This document shows, one piece after another, positions 49,650 to 58,115 of a stretch of 64,000 bases of DNA. How positions within the stretch are numbered: position 1 is the stretch's first letter; each line of letters starts with the position of its first letter. Below the pieces are notes generated by a model. That model saw only the letters and a program-made list of their open reading frames with translations, searched no databases and was not told where the DNA came from. Source of the DNA: Patescibacteria group bacterium UBA6017 (GTDB taxonomy: Bacteria > Patescibacteriota > Saccharimonadia > UBA4664); assembly GCA_002429485.1 (NCBI GenBank), contig DIZX01000009.1, positions 5,461 to 69,460 of the forward strand, in the 5' to 3' direction. The position numbers and the translations under genes are program-made.

Positions 49650-50168
49650 TCAACGAAGCGAAAACGGGATGACTCCCCCACTCCAAATGCCGTCAACAAA
49701 GAGTTTGTACTTGGCAGTTTTACCGGCAGCATAGCTAATTTGACCGCGGACGGTTTCGCCGGGTGACAGCTCGCCGGCATGGAAGGGCTCGTCGAGCTCG
49801 AAGGGCGTCAGGTAGGAGACTTCGCCGGAGTCCTTCTTGAGGTAGATATCGCTGCCGGGGAGAATATTCACCGGCCTATCACTCACATTGGTCACGGATA
49901 GGTCGACGATGACGTAGTGCTGGTCGGGGGGGATCGGGAATGATTTTTTGCCGTCGCTATAGGTGACGTTATTGATCTTCATCGATACGCTGCCCATGGT
50001 TACGGCCTGGCCGTTGGGGTAAGGGTTTTGAGCGACACTGGCGCGGCGGGGTTGGTGCTGCACGAAGAGCGCGGTCGCCAGGAGCACGATCGACAGGCTG
50101 AGCATTATCAGGCCGGCCACGTAAGTAGCGCTGGGGCGGTCGTGATGAAATAGTCGTGGTAGTTTCAT
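49650..50168 (-). CDS. DUF4352-like membrane-anchored protein
   Basis: TM; YVIVDLSVTN...GELSPGETVRGQISY. Confidence 0.8.
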   Translation of the reverse strand: MKLPRLFHHDRPSATYVAGLIMLSLSIVLLATALFVQHQPRRASVAQNPYPNGQAVTMGSVSMKINNVTYSDGKKSFPIPPDQHYVIVDLSVTNVSDRPVNILPGSDIYLKKDSGEVSYLTPFELDEPFHAGELSPGETVRGQISYAAGKTAKYKLFVDGIWSGGVIPFSLR

Positions 50169-50180
50169 GATTGGTCCTTG

Positions 50181-50936
50181 TTAGGGTTTTGTTGAGTCAA
50201 GATAGCCGACAAAGTAGGGAATCATATTTTTATCGGCATTTTGCTTGGTGGTGGCATTGTGGTTGCGGGTTTGGCCTTCGGCGCTGGATTGGCCGGCCAG
50301 GGAGGGGGCCAGATCTTTGCCGCAGATCGAGCTGATGGCAATCGAGCTGATGCCGCTCTTGACGACGTGGAAGCCGGCATCGAATCCGGAGATGTCGATG
50401 ATCCGGTCGAGATTGTAGCCCCAGCAGTTGCTTGCGGAGCTGTGAGCGGCAACCTGCCTGATGCTGTAGCAAGGGGTCCGGCCGCCGCAGTATATTACTC
50501 CGCCCGAGGAGCTCACGATTGGCGCGGCTTTGGGCGGGGCGATGGCATTGCCGACGGTCACTACGGCGGAGGTTTTCACTGATCCGCCGGCATTGATGCA
50601 CTCGAGCGTGTAGGCGTAATTGCCCGCGGCTGCAATGCGGCCGGTGCTTTCGGTACCAAATGGCGTTTTGCTGCCGGTCCAGCCTCCCGAGGCTGTACAG
50701 CCGGAGACGCTTCCAGATGTGGTCCAGCTCAGGGCGCTGTAGCCTCCGGCGGTAATACTGCTGGGAGTAGCGGTGAGGTTCACGGTTGGCGGCAGCGCTG
50801 CCGCGAGCGGCGTATCGGATGAGACGGCGATTGGTTTGGGTAATTTGTCGGGTATAAATATACCCATTAACACCAGCGCGTTGAGCAGCACGCAGGTTAT
50901 TATCATCGCTATTCCAACGCTCTTTTTAAGCCACAT
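50181..50936 (-). CDS. Membrane-anchored protein with 1 Ig-like repeat and a cytochrome b5-like domain
   Basis: TM; one repeat; YSIRQVAAHSSASNCWG...RIIDIS.F...FH...ICGKDL...NH...YFVG; short paralog of 46640-49072. Confidence 0.82.
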   Translation of the reverse strand: MWLKKSVGIAMIITCVLLNALVLMGIFIPDKLPKPIAVSSDTPLAAALPPTVNLTATPSSITAGGYSALSWTTSGSVSGCTASGGWTGSKTPFGTESTGRIAAAGNYAYTLECINAGGSVKTSAVVTVGNAIAPPKAAPIVSSSGGVIYCGGRTPCYSIRQVAAHSSASNCWGYNLDRIIDISGFDAGFHVVKSGISSIAISSICGKDLAPSLAGQSSAEGQTRNHNATTKQNADKNMIPYFVGYLDSTKP

Positions 50937-50951
50937 GTTTCACCTCGTATT

Positions 50952-52388
50952 TCATGACATTGCAAACTCTTCAGTATGGATACTCGTTCCCGGAATGGAT
51001 TTGGCCCTGAACTGATCGTGCATGGCTTTCATCATTCCCGGAGGACCGCAGATGAAGATCTCCTTGCCCGCGATACCCTCGCTGGTCTTTTCGATATAGT
51101 CGGCATTGAGGTAGGTCGGCTGCTTGTCGCCAATGTAGGGAATCACCCGGAAGTAACCCTTGGAGGCGGTGGCGACGTCAAACAGGGCCTGCCAGTCGAT
51201 GATCTCGCTAGTGGTTTTGACCGAGTAGTACAGATCAATCCGAAAGCCGCTGGCCGGCAGGCTGCGGGCCATCGAGACGAAGGGGGCAATCCCGATGCCG
51301 CCGGCAATCCAGATCTGATTTAAGTTGTGGTAGTTCGAGTAGGTGAACTTGCCGTATGCGCCCTCGACCTCGGCCATCGTGCCGGGTTTTAGGGCACCCA
51401 ACTTACTAGTGAAGTCCCCAAGCCCCTTAATGCTCACGCGCAAATTGGCATCGCTCGAGCCGGAGGAGATTGAAAATGGGTGCCATTCCGAGCCGATGCC
51501 CTCAGGGGTAGCGTCCAGGAAATGAATAAACAAAAATTGGCCGCTTTTGTACATCATGGGGAGGTTTTCGGGCGACATCGTGACCTGGGTGACGTTGCCG
51601 CCTTCGGTTACGACGGATTCTACGCGGTAGCGATGCTTGCGGATGAGGATTTTGCCCGCCAGGGTCTTGTAGGTGAAGGCGAGAAGGCCGAGGGCGACGA
51701 AGCCGAGGATGTAGTTGCGCAGCGCCGGGTGGGTGGAGACGTCGCTGGTGATAAACAGCACGTGCAGACCGGCAAAAAAGAAGGCGGCACCGAGGAAGCG
51801 GTGCATCACAATCCAGATGCGGTAAGGAATTTTGATAAAGAAGGTCACTAGCAGCAGGACTACCATGCCCCAAAAGGCGATGATGCCAAACAGCAGCGCC
51901 CATTGCTCGAGGACGATGGCGTGATTGTCGAGGCGGGTGTTAAACAGCGCGTTGACGGGGGTGAGGCCGTTGGGTAGCAACAACAGGGCAGCCTGATGAA
52001 ACGAGCCCTTGAGAAACGGTGACGTGAGCGAAATCTTGGTGATATAGCGCATGGAGAGCAGCACGGGGTGAAATGACAATAATATGAGCGCCAGCCCGCC
52101 CAGGATGTGGTGGGCAATATAGACCCGGTTGAGCCCGCCAAATAATTGCTCCAGGAAGCGCAAACGGGTGCTGTACACCAGATTGAGGGCATACAATACC
52201 AGCCCGACTAGGCCAGTGACGCGCCCCAGGCTGAGCATAACGCCGGAGAACCCGCGGATTTGGTTTAGCGGGTGGATCTGAGCCCAGATGATGGCAGGAA
52301 TGAGGCAGAGGACAATTGTAATCCCCCACCCGAGAAGGTGCTCAAGCCGGAAGCTGATGATGAGTTTGCGGTCGCCGTTGGGTTGCAT
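50952..52388 (-). CDS. NOX/ferric reductase-like transmembrane flavocytochrome
   Basis: Heme His pairs in AHHILG...SFHP and MHRFLG...GLHV; HPFSISS (FAD), IAGGIGIAPF and ICGP (NAD(P)H), C-terminal EEF. Confidence 0.93.
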   Translation of the reverse strand: MQPNGDRKLIISFRLEHLLGWGITIVLCLIPAIIWAQIHPLNQIRGFSGVMLSLGRVTGLVGLVLYALNLVYSTRLRFLEQLFGGLNRVYIAHHILGGLALILLSFHPVLLSMRYITKISLTSPFLKGSFHQAALLLLPNGLTPVNALFNTRLDNHAIVLEQWALLFGIIAFWGMVVLLLVTFFIKIPYRIWIVMHRFLGAAFFFAGLHVLFITSDVSTHPALRNYILGFVALGLLAFTYKTLAGKILIRKHRYRVESVVTEGGNVTQVTMSPENLPMMYKSGQFLFIHFLDATPEGIGSEWHPFSISSGSSDANLRVSIKGLGDFTSKLGALKPGTMAEVEGAYGKFTYSNYHNLNQIWIAGGIGIAPFVSMARSLPASGFRIDLYYSVKTTSEIIDWQALFDVATASKGYFRVIPYIGDKQPTYLNADYIEKTSEGIAGKEIFICGPPGMMKAMHDQFRAKSIPGTSIHTEEFAMS

Positions 52389-52451
52389 ACTACCTAGTGA
52401 GGCTCAATTCTATAAGCATAAGAATATTTTGCCATAGATACTGCTTATGTC

Positions 52452-53924
52452 CTATATAGAAGCTCGCAGTTGTTCGTAGATTCGCACCATGGCCAGGGTG
52501 TCTTGTCCGCAATATTCCACCAGGTCGTCGTAGACGGCCGTCATCTTGTCGGGGGTAAGCTCGCCGCGGGCGGCGCGCATCCAGCGAATTTGGGCGGTCA
52601 TGCCCTCGCCGATGCCCAGGTCCTGGTATGACAATTCGGGTGCCAGGACGGGCAGTACCTTCTTGATGCTGGCGCTGCCCATAAAGCCGGGGTCGGCGTA
52701 CCAGCCGTTGGCGAAAATTTCCATGAGGTCGTACACTCGGGCGTTTACATCGGCCAAAAATTCGGCAAATTCGGGATGCAGGGCGGCCATGGCGTCGTTG
52801 CAGCCTATTTCGAAGCTCTTGTTCCACACGATGACGCTGCCGGTAGGGCCAAAATCGGCCTGCATGTGCTCGAGCAGCGTGGGAACGGGATAATTCCCTC
52901 CCCGAGCCAAAAATTCCTTATGGATCATCGGCCCGCCGGCGACCTCGATAACGTGCAGCGAGTACTGGAATGGTAATTGCTGGTAGGGCCGCACTCCGTT
53001 CCACAGCGGTAGGGCGCCGGCAAAGGTCTCGTAATCCAGGAAATACAGCGGATACACCAATTCGCCTAGAGAATGGGCAATTTTTTCACGGTGAATGTGG
53101 GGGGTTCCCGTGCGCACGACCTGAATCTGGGCGACTTGCTGAGGCTTGAGGTCGAAATCGTCGGGAATATCCCCAATCCGCGTCACTCCCTGCTCGGCCA
53201 AGGCCTTGATCTGGCCCAAATTCAGCCGGGTCAGGTTGAGGACGCTATTCGAGTCGATATCCGAATGCAGGTGCCGGTAGACGTCGCGCCAACCGAACCA
53301 ATCCCCTGCCAGTTCGGGTGCGTCATTGGGCACCTCGCCCAGCGCCATCACGGTCATGGCCGCTTCCACCTTGCCGGCGGTGCTGGCGGCCAGCGGCTCG
53401 ATCTGGTCAGTGACCTCCATGGTTGTAAATAATTTCTCGGGATCAATCTCCCCGTCGCGCACATATTGAGCATTAATGTGGACCACGAAACTGCGTCCGA
53501 TCTTATAGCCCGCTTCTTCCCAGACGTAGCGCTGGAAGGCCAGATCGAGCAAATGGGCGGTTTTCACCGAGGCGGCACCCTTGATCTCGTACAGATCCCA
53601 AGTCGACCCGCGTCGTACCATCACGTCCGAACGCACATACAGCCGACGGTCGGTCAGCACGCTGGGTTGAAACAGTACATCGGGGCCGCCGTCGCGCATC
53701 TGCCGGGCACTCTCGTCGGGGCCGTCAAACATCGGTACGTCCACTTCGTGTCCGCCTGGCCACAAGCTGACCGCCACGGCTTCCACGGCGTTGCCCTGGT
53801 CGACGTTTGCCTGGGCTACCTCGTTAAACTCCGGCAGCTCATCCTTGGCATACTTCGCCAGCCACAGGTAAGCCGGGTGAATCAGAAACTTCAGATAATC
53901 GGATTTGGTAAGCCACTTCGCCAT
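52452..53924 (-). CDS. DUF2779 domain protein (PD-(D/E)XK-like plus RNase H-like)
   Basis: LTKSDY, RSD...YEIK, YFLDYET, PYQQLPFQYSLH, GSASIKKVLP, YC..DT.AM. Confidence 0.88.
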   Translation of the reverse strand: MAKWLTKSDYLKFLIHPAYLWLAKYAKDELPEFNEVAQANVDQGNAVEAVAVSLWPGGHEVDVPMFDGPDESARQMRDGGPDVLFQPSVLTDRRLYVRSDVMVRRGSTWDLYEIKGAASVKTAHLLDLAFQRYVWEEAGYKIGRSFVVHINAQYVRDGEIDPEKLFTTMEVTDQIEPLAASTAGKVEAAMTVMALGEVPNDAPELAGDWFGWRDVYRHLHSDIDSNSVLNLTRLNLGQIKALAEQGVTRIGDIPDDFDLKPQQVAQIQVVRTGTPHIHREKIAHSLGELVYPLYFLDYETFAGALPLWNGVRPYQQLPFQYSLHVIEVAGGPMIHKEFLARGGNYPVPTLLEHMQADFGPTGSVIVWNKSFEIGCNDAMAALHPEFAEFLADVNARVYDLMEIFANGWYADPGFMGSASIKKVLPVLAPELSYQDLGIGEGMTAQIRWMRAARGELTPDKMTAVYDDLVEYCGQDTLAMVRIYEQLRASI

Positions 53925-54013
53925 AGCCCCTATTGTATACGCTTTAAGCCATTTATGTTATCGTACATCTGATCTTTGGGATCTGCCCGGAGCGAACCAC
54001 TGGAGTTGAAGAG

Positions 54014-54292
54014 ATGAATGATGTCGTCGTTTTGCACGTCGTGAACTATCGCGGCAAGCAGGTGCACTGTCACCGTCCGCCCGTGAAAACGCAGGGGCCG
54101 TTCGTGTTCTTCTCACTCACTGCACCCTTCGTCTTTGTCGACGTGATCGATACCGGTACCTACGGCGACAACAACATCGTCGTGCTCAACGAGGAATCGA
54201 GCGGGTACATCGACCCGAACCTGCCCGAGACGGACGAGGTGAAGATCTACAACCTTTCCGCCGTCGATCAGGACGTTCTGTTCTGTACATGA
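54014..54292 (+). CDS. Small hypothetical protein
   Basis: GGAG SD, high GC3, followed by GC hairpin near 54315-54340. Confidence 0.55.
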   Translation: MNDVVVLHVVNYRGKQVHCHRPPVKTQGPFVFFSLTAPFVFVDVIDTGTYGDNNIVVLNEESSGYIDPNLPETDEVKIYNLSAVDQDVLFCT

Positions 54293-54392
54293 CACAACTC
54301 GCTTCGTGCACTCGCGCCGCTCCGGTCTTCCGGGGCGGCGTTGCGCTTTACGAAATTATTGATGAACGATCAAAGTAATGCCATTATAATGT

Positions 54393-54617
54393 TTGTCGTT
54401 GTTTAACCGCACGGCTCGCACCAACGCATCTCAATTCACCTACTGGCCGCAGGGCCGAGACGGGAAGTCCCCTATGCCGAAACGCAGCCTCACTCAAACG
54501 CTCTGGCATTCTATCCAGAGGAACTACCCCTTTGTGCTACTGGCATTCCTGTTCATTCTGGCGGTAGCAGCGGCCTCCTGGTACTTCGGCAGCGGAGTAT
54601 TCAGCTTCGCTGGCTAA
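54393..54617 (+). CDS. Small membrane protein, hypothetical
   Basis: 74 aa ORF with C-terminal TM; start uncertain. Confidence 0.4.
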   Translation: MSLFNRTARTNASQFTYWPQGRDGKSPMPKRSLTQTLWHSIQRNYPFVLLAFLFILAVAAASWYFGSGVFSFAG

Positions 54618-54788
54618 CCGGCTTCGGCCAACCAACACCCAAATACTGAGTGTCCCCTGGCAGGCGGCGGGAGCAACTATTCCCGCCGCCAGAGCCCCCC
54701 AGATGCGTTGGTGCACAGGCTCAACGATTATTTTCATCGTTCTGATGAGTCCCAAAAAGGACGAAAGCCCAATAGGTACTGGTTGATT

Positions 54789-55826
54789 TTAAGTACGATC
54801 TACTTTATCAGGCTTCTTATGCATTAACTTTTTAACTTCGCGGTCGAAGTCCGATTCGAAGGTTTTGTCTTGGGCAAGCTGGTATTTTTCGAATTCGGCT
54901 TCGGCGAAAGATTTAGCGACGGCAGCGGAGACTTTCCCGGGATTATTGAGAATCTCATATTCGTTAAATTGCAAAAACGCATCTAGTCTAGTCGCCCAAT
55001 CCGCCATGGTAAGCGGGACGTTACGAAGAGCCATGTTCTCGGCATAATCGAGATACATGGTCGTGAAGCGGTCGAGTTTTTCAAGCTCATCCTTGGAGAG
55101 ATAGTTTTTGGCTATGGCTACATCGGTTGGCAGAATTTTGCCAGTTGGCGAATATTTCCAGCTGGTGAGTCCCATGTGAGGTTTTTGGCTGTTTGCCCGA
55201 TCTTTGATGAGTTCCGCGGCGGTATGAGCGTGGATGGCAAAATGTAGTTTATTTTGCACAGTGGCAAAAAAGTCCTGAGTAAGCTGGTCGGACGGGTTAT
55301 AGTCGTACGCGGTAGAGTAAATATCGGTGATTTTCTGATAAAACTTACGCTCGCTACTCCGGATTTCCCGGATGAGAGCAACGAGACTATCGAAGTAATC
55401 TTGGCCGAAGTATTGGCCGTTCTTGAGCCGTTCATCGTCCAAAACGAAACCTTTGATGGTAAATTCTTTGAGAACTTGGGTAGCCCATTGGCGAAATTGT
55501 GTGGCTTTGTGGGTGTTGATGCGGTAGCCGACAGATATAATGGCGTCTAGATTGTAATGTTTGGTCTTGTAGTTCTTGCCGTCACTGGCAGTTACCGAGA
55601 AATCCTCGGCAACTGCCGAGCTGTCTAGCTCGCCATCGGCCAAAATATTCTTTAGATGCAGACTGATATTATCCGGGCTGCAATCAAAAAGCTTGGCCAT
55701 GAGCTTTTGCGTCATCCAAATAGTTTCGCCTTCGACGCGCACTTCTAGCGAGTCGCCGTCGCCTTGCATCGTAAAGACGATAAACCGGGCGGTGCTATTG
55801 ATAATTTGTGGTTTGCGTTCGCTCAT
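54789..55826 (-). CDS. Virulence RhuM family protein
   Basis: WMTQK.MA.LF, YNLDAIISVGYR, ATQFRQWAT, IREIRSSERKFYQK, VQNKLH. Confidence 0.93.
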   Translation of the reverse strand: MSERKPQIINSTARFIVFTMQGDGDSLEVRVEGETIWMTQKLMAKLFDCSPDNISLHLKNILADGELDSSAVAEDFSVTASDGKNYKTKHYNLDAIISVGYRINTHKATQFRQWATQVLKEFTIKGFVLDDERLKNGQYFGQDYFDSLVALIREIRSSERKFYQKITDIYSTAYDYNPSDQLTQDFFATVQNKLHFAIHAHTAAELIKDRANSQKPHMGLTSWKYSPTGKILPTDVAIAKNYLSKDELEKLDRFTTMYLDYAENMALRNVPLTMADWATRLDAFLQFNEYEILNNPGKVSAAVAKSFAEAEFEKYQLAQDKTFESDFDREVKKLMHKKPDKVDRT

Positions 55827-55931
55827 ATAAGAATCCTAGCATGATCTATCGTGCCGAACAAGAGCCGAACAAAATCTTTGCATTTTGCGCAGCCAAAACC
55901 CCAGAGATAAATATCATCTCTGGGGCGGCTG

Positions 55932-57104
55932 TCATAGCTTATCCTCGAAGGTGCGTAGGCGGTGAAGGCGGGCTAGGGCCACGAAGGCCAGTGTGCTGCA
56001 AACCAGCCCTGTGCTTACGAGCCCGATCTTTAAGCCCGAACGGTCGACGACTAACCCGACGAGCGGGCCGGCCAGCATAAACACCAGCCGTTGGACCAGG
56101 TTGATCACGCTGTTGATGGTGGCCCGGTACTCGTGTTCGATATAGGCGTTGAGTCGCGCCGTGATCGGCGGACCCTGCAGTGCCTGGATCACATCGTGAC
56201 CCAGTACCAGCCATACCAACCAGATCCAGCCGGTACCCATACTCATATAGACGAGCCCGGCCAACGCGGCGTAGACCAACATATTGCGCTCGATGTGCCG
56301 AGTCTGGTGAAACTTATGCGACAGCCAGGCCTTCCACAGACTGCGGATCGCCAGGATGACGCTAAATAGCACCACCGGGATGCCCATACCCGAGTAATAC
56401 GGTGCCGAGAGCCAATATGCGATGTAGGTCGACGTACCCAATACCGCACCCAGAGCAACCAGCCACCGCGCTTCGGCATTACCACCCAGTTGTCTCACGG
56501 CATGCCAGGCACTCAGCCGAACGGCTTCGGTGCTGCCATTGGAGTGCGGGGCTTCCACTAGCTTGAGCGCGAAAATCATACCCACAAGGGTGAGCAGACC
56601 GTCCGCCACCAGCGTGGAGCTGATCGACACATAATGCACCAGCAATATCGCCAGCGGTACGCCGACGGCGGTACTGGCAAATCCCATAGCGTTCATACGC
56701 TGACTGAGCTTTACGAAATCGGTCTCGCGGCCCTGCGCCTTGAGCGAGTCAATCAGCAGTGCCGTATCGATTCCGCTGATCAGCCCGTAGGCCATCGCCA
56801 GCACCAGCTCGCAGATCACGAATTGCCAGAACTGCCCAGAAAATCCGTAGGCAATCATGGCCACGGCCGCAATCGGCGCGCTGAGCTTAATGCTGAAGGC
56901 CCGGCCCAACCGGTCGGCAATATATCCGCTCGGGATCTCCCATAGCAGCACGGCCAGGGAAAAGATCGATTGCAGCAGAAATATCTGGGACAGGCTCAAG
57001 CCCTTCTCCAGAAAGAATGGCGTCAGGTAGGCCGCGCTGATCGACAGCGCCTTAAACGGGGCGAAGTAGGTTAGCCACTTGGCGTTATCAATGTGCTTGT
57101 CCAT
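55932..57104 (-). CDS. MFS transporter
   Basis: About 12 TM; EIPSGYIADRLGR, RATINS; AAGGAAAGGA SD. Confidence 0.92.
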   Translation of the reverse strand: MDKHIDNAKWLTYFAPFKALSISAAYLTPFFLEKGLSLSQIFLLQSIFSLAVLLWEIPSGYIADRLGRAFSIKLSAPIAAVAMIAYGFSGQFWQFVICELVLAMAYGLISGIDTALLIDSLKAQGRETDFVKLSQRMNAMGFASTAVGVPLAILLVHYVSISSTLVADGLLTLVGMIFALKLVEAPHSNGSTEAVRLSAWHAVRQLGGNAEARWLVALGAVLGTSTYIAYWLSAPYYSGMGIPVVLFSVILAIRSLWKAWLSHKFHQTRHIERNMLVYAALAGLVYMSMGTGWIWLVWLVLGHDVIQALQGPPITARLNAYIEHEYRATINSVINLVQRLVFMLAGPLVGLVVDRSGLKIGLVSTGLVCSTLAFVALARLHRLRTFEDKL

Positions 57105-57186
57105 GTTGGGTCCTTTCCTTTAAGTTATGACAACCTCGGGGCTCAGTTTAGTCCTAAACCCCGGTCCGCCTCCGATACGTATGACG

Positions 57187-57210
57187 AAAAACGTCTCCGT
57201 ATGGGAGACG
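57187..57210 (-). terminator. Intrinsic terminator upstream of the MFS gene
   Basis: Minus strand CGTCTCC-CATAC-GGAGACG-TTTTT. Confidence 0.7.
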
Positions 57211-57386
57211 CACCGTGACCTAAAATTTTATCGTAAGTTAGATAAGTAGATCCGATACGCCCGAGCTGGCCTTCCGCATGGAAAATTCAGCAGCAACAAC
57301 CCCGCCGGTATACAGGCGGCTGGTCGAGGTCGTGATGTGGTTCGGGTAGTATCGATTCATAATGTACGTACTATAACAGGTTGTGG

Positions 57387-58115
57387 TTATTTGTAAAGAG
57401 TGGGTTTGTACTGAGTGGCTAGATATTGCTTCATAAAAAAGCGACCTTTGTCTGTGAGCTCAATTTTGTTGCTATCAATCGTAATTAATTCATTGCCGTC
57501 AGCGTACGCGAGGATGTTTGTTGGAATACTGTTACCGCTACCAGATTCGTCCTCGTAACTTACGTACTTGTTATGTTCATAAAGCGCTTCTTTTATGTGT
57601 GCAAATTGGTTAAAAAGGGCGCTTTCCTTAAACTCTTTAAAGTCATGTAGCCAACTTTCGTTTACTTTATCCTTCAAGTCAATCACTTCTTTTTCCGCCT
57701 TAAGTGTAATGGCCTGAGTTGAAGCAAGTGCTTTTTTGCCTTTTTCATATTGATCCTCGAATCGTATCTTGATAAGTCTTCTATCATATTCATTTTCTTT
57801 TTCTTTTTCGTAAGAGGGTTTCAGAATTAGTCTTGGAAGCCACCAGATCATTACATAGGTAAGAAATGCTGCTAGGGAGATGAGTAGCGCCTGCGTAAGC
57901 CAATAGTGCCAGTCGTTTCGGCGAATCAGGACTGTCCATATATATTCATTTTTTAGCATATGTTTTTGGGTATATATCTGCTGCTGATCGATAAATAGCA
58001 GGGTGAAGAACAACTGAGAGTGCAGCACGATATACCAAAACGTGAATAAACCATAGACCTGTGTTTTTACGCGCGTCTTCCAATATTCGAGGATTGAGTG
58101 TACGACATCAGCCAC
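57387..58115 (-). CDS. Membrane protein with coiled coil and possible C-terminal winged helix
   Basis: Two TM, coiled coil, ELI....IELTDKGR; start overlaps the RM gene stop; AT-rich. Confidence 0.7.
   Translation of the reverse strand: MADVVHSILEYWKTRVKTQVYGLFTFWYIVLHSQLFFTLLFIDQQQIYTQKHMLKNEYIWTVLIRRNDWHYWLTQALLISLAAFLTYVMIWWLPRLILKPSYEKEKENEYDRRLIKIRFEDQYEKGKKALASTQAITLKAEKEVIDLKDKVNESWLHDFKEFKESALFNQFAHIKEALYEHNKYVSYEDESGSGNSIPTNILAYADGNELITIDSNKIELTDKGRFFMKQYLATQYKPTLYK

Noticed and set aside
52452-53924. DUF2779 as part of the NOX operon or as a Cas4-type gene
   Set aside because: No functional link evident, the 63 bp gap carries its own putative regulatory motif, and no CRISPR elements are present
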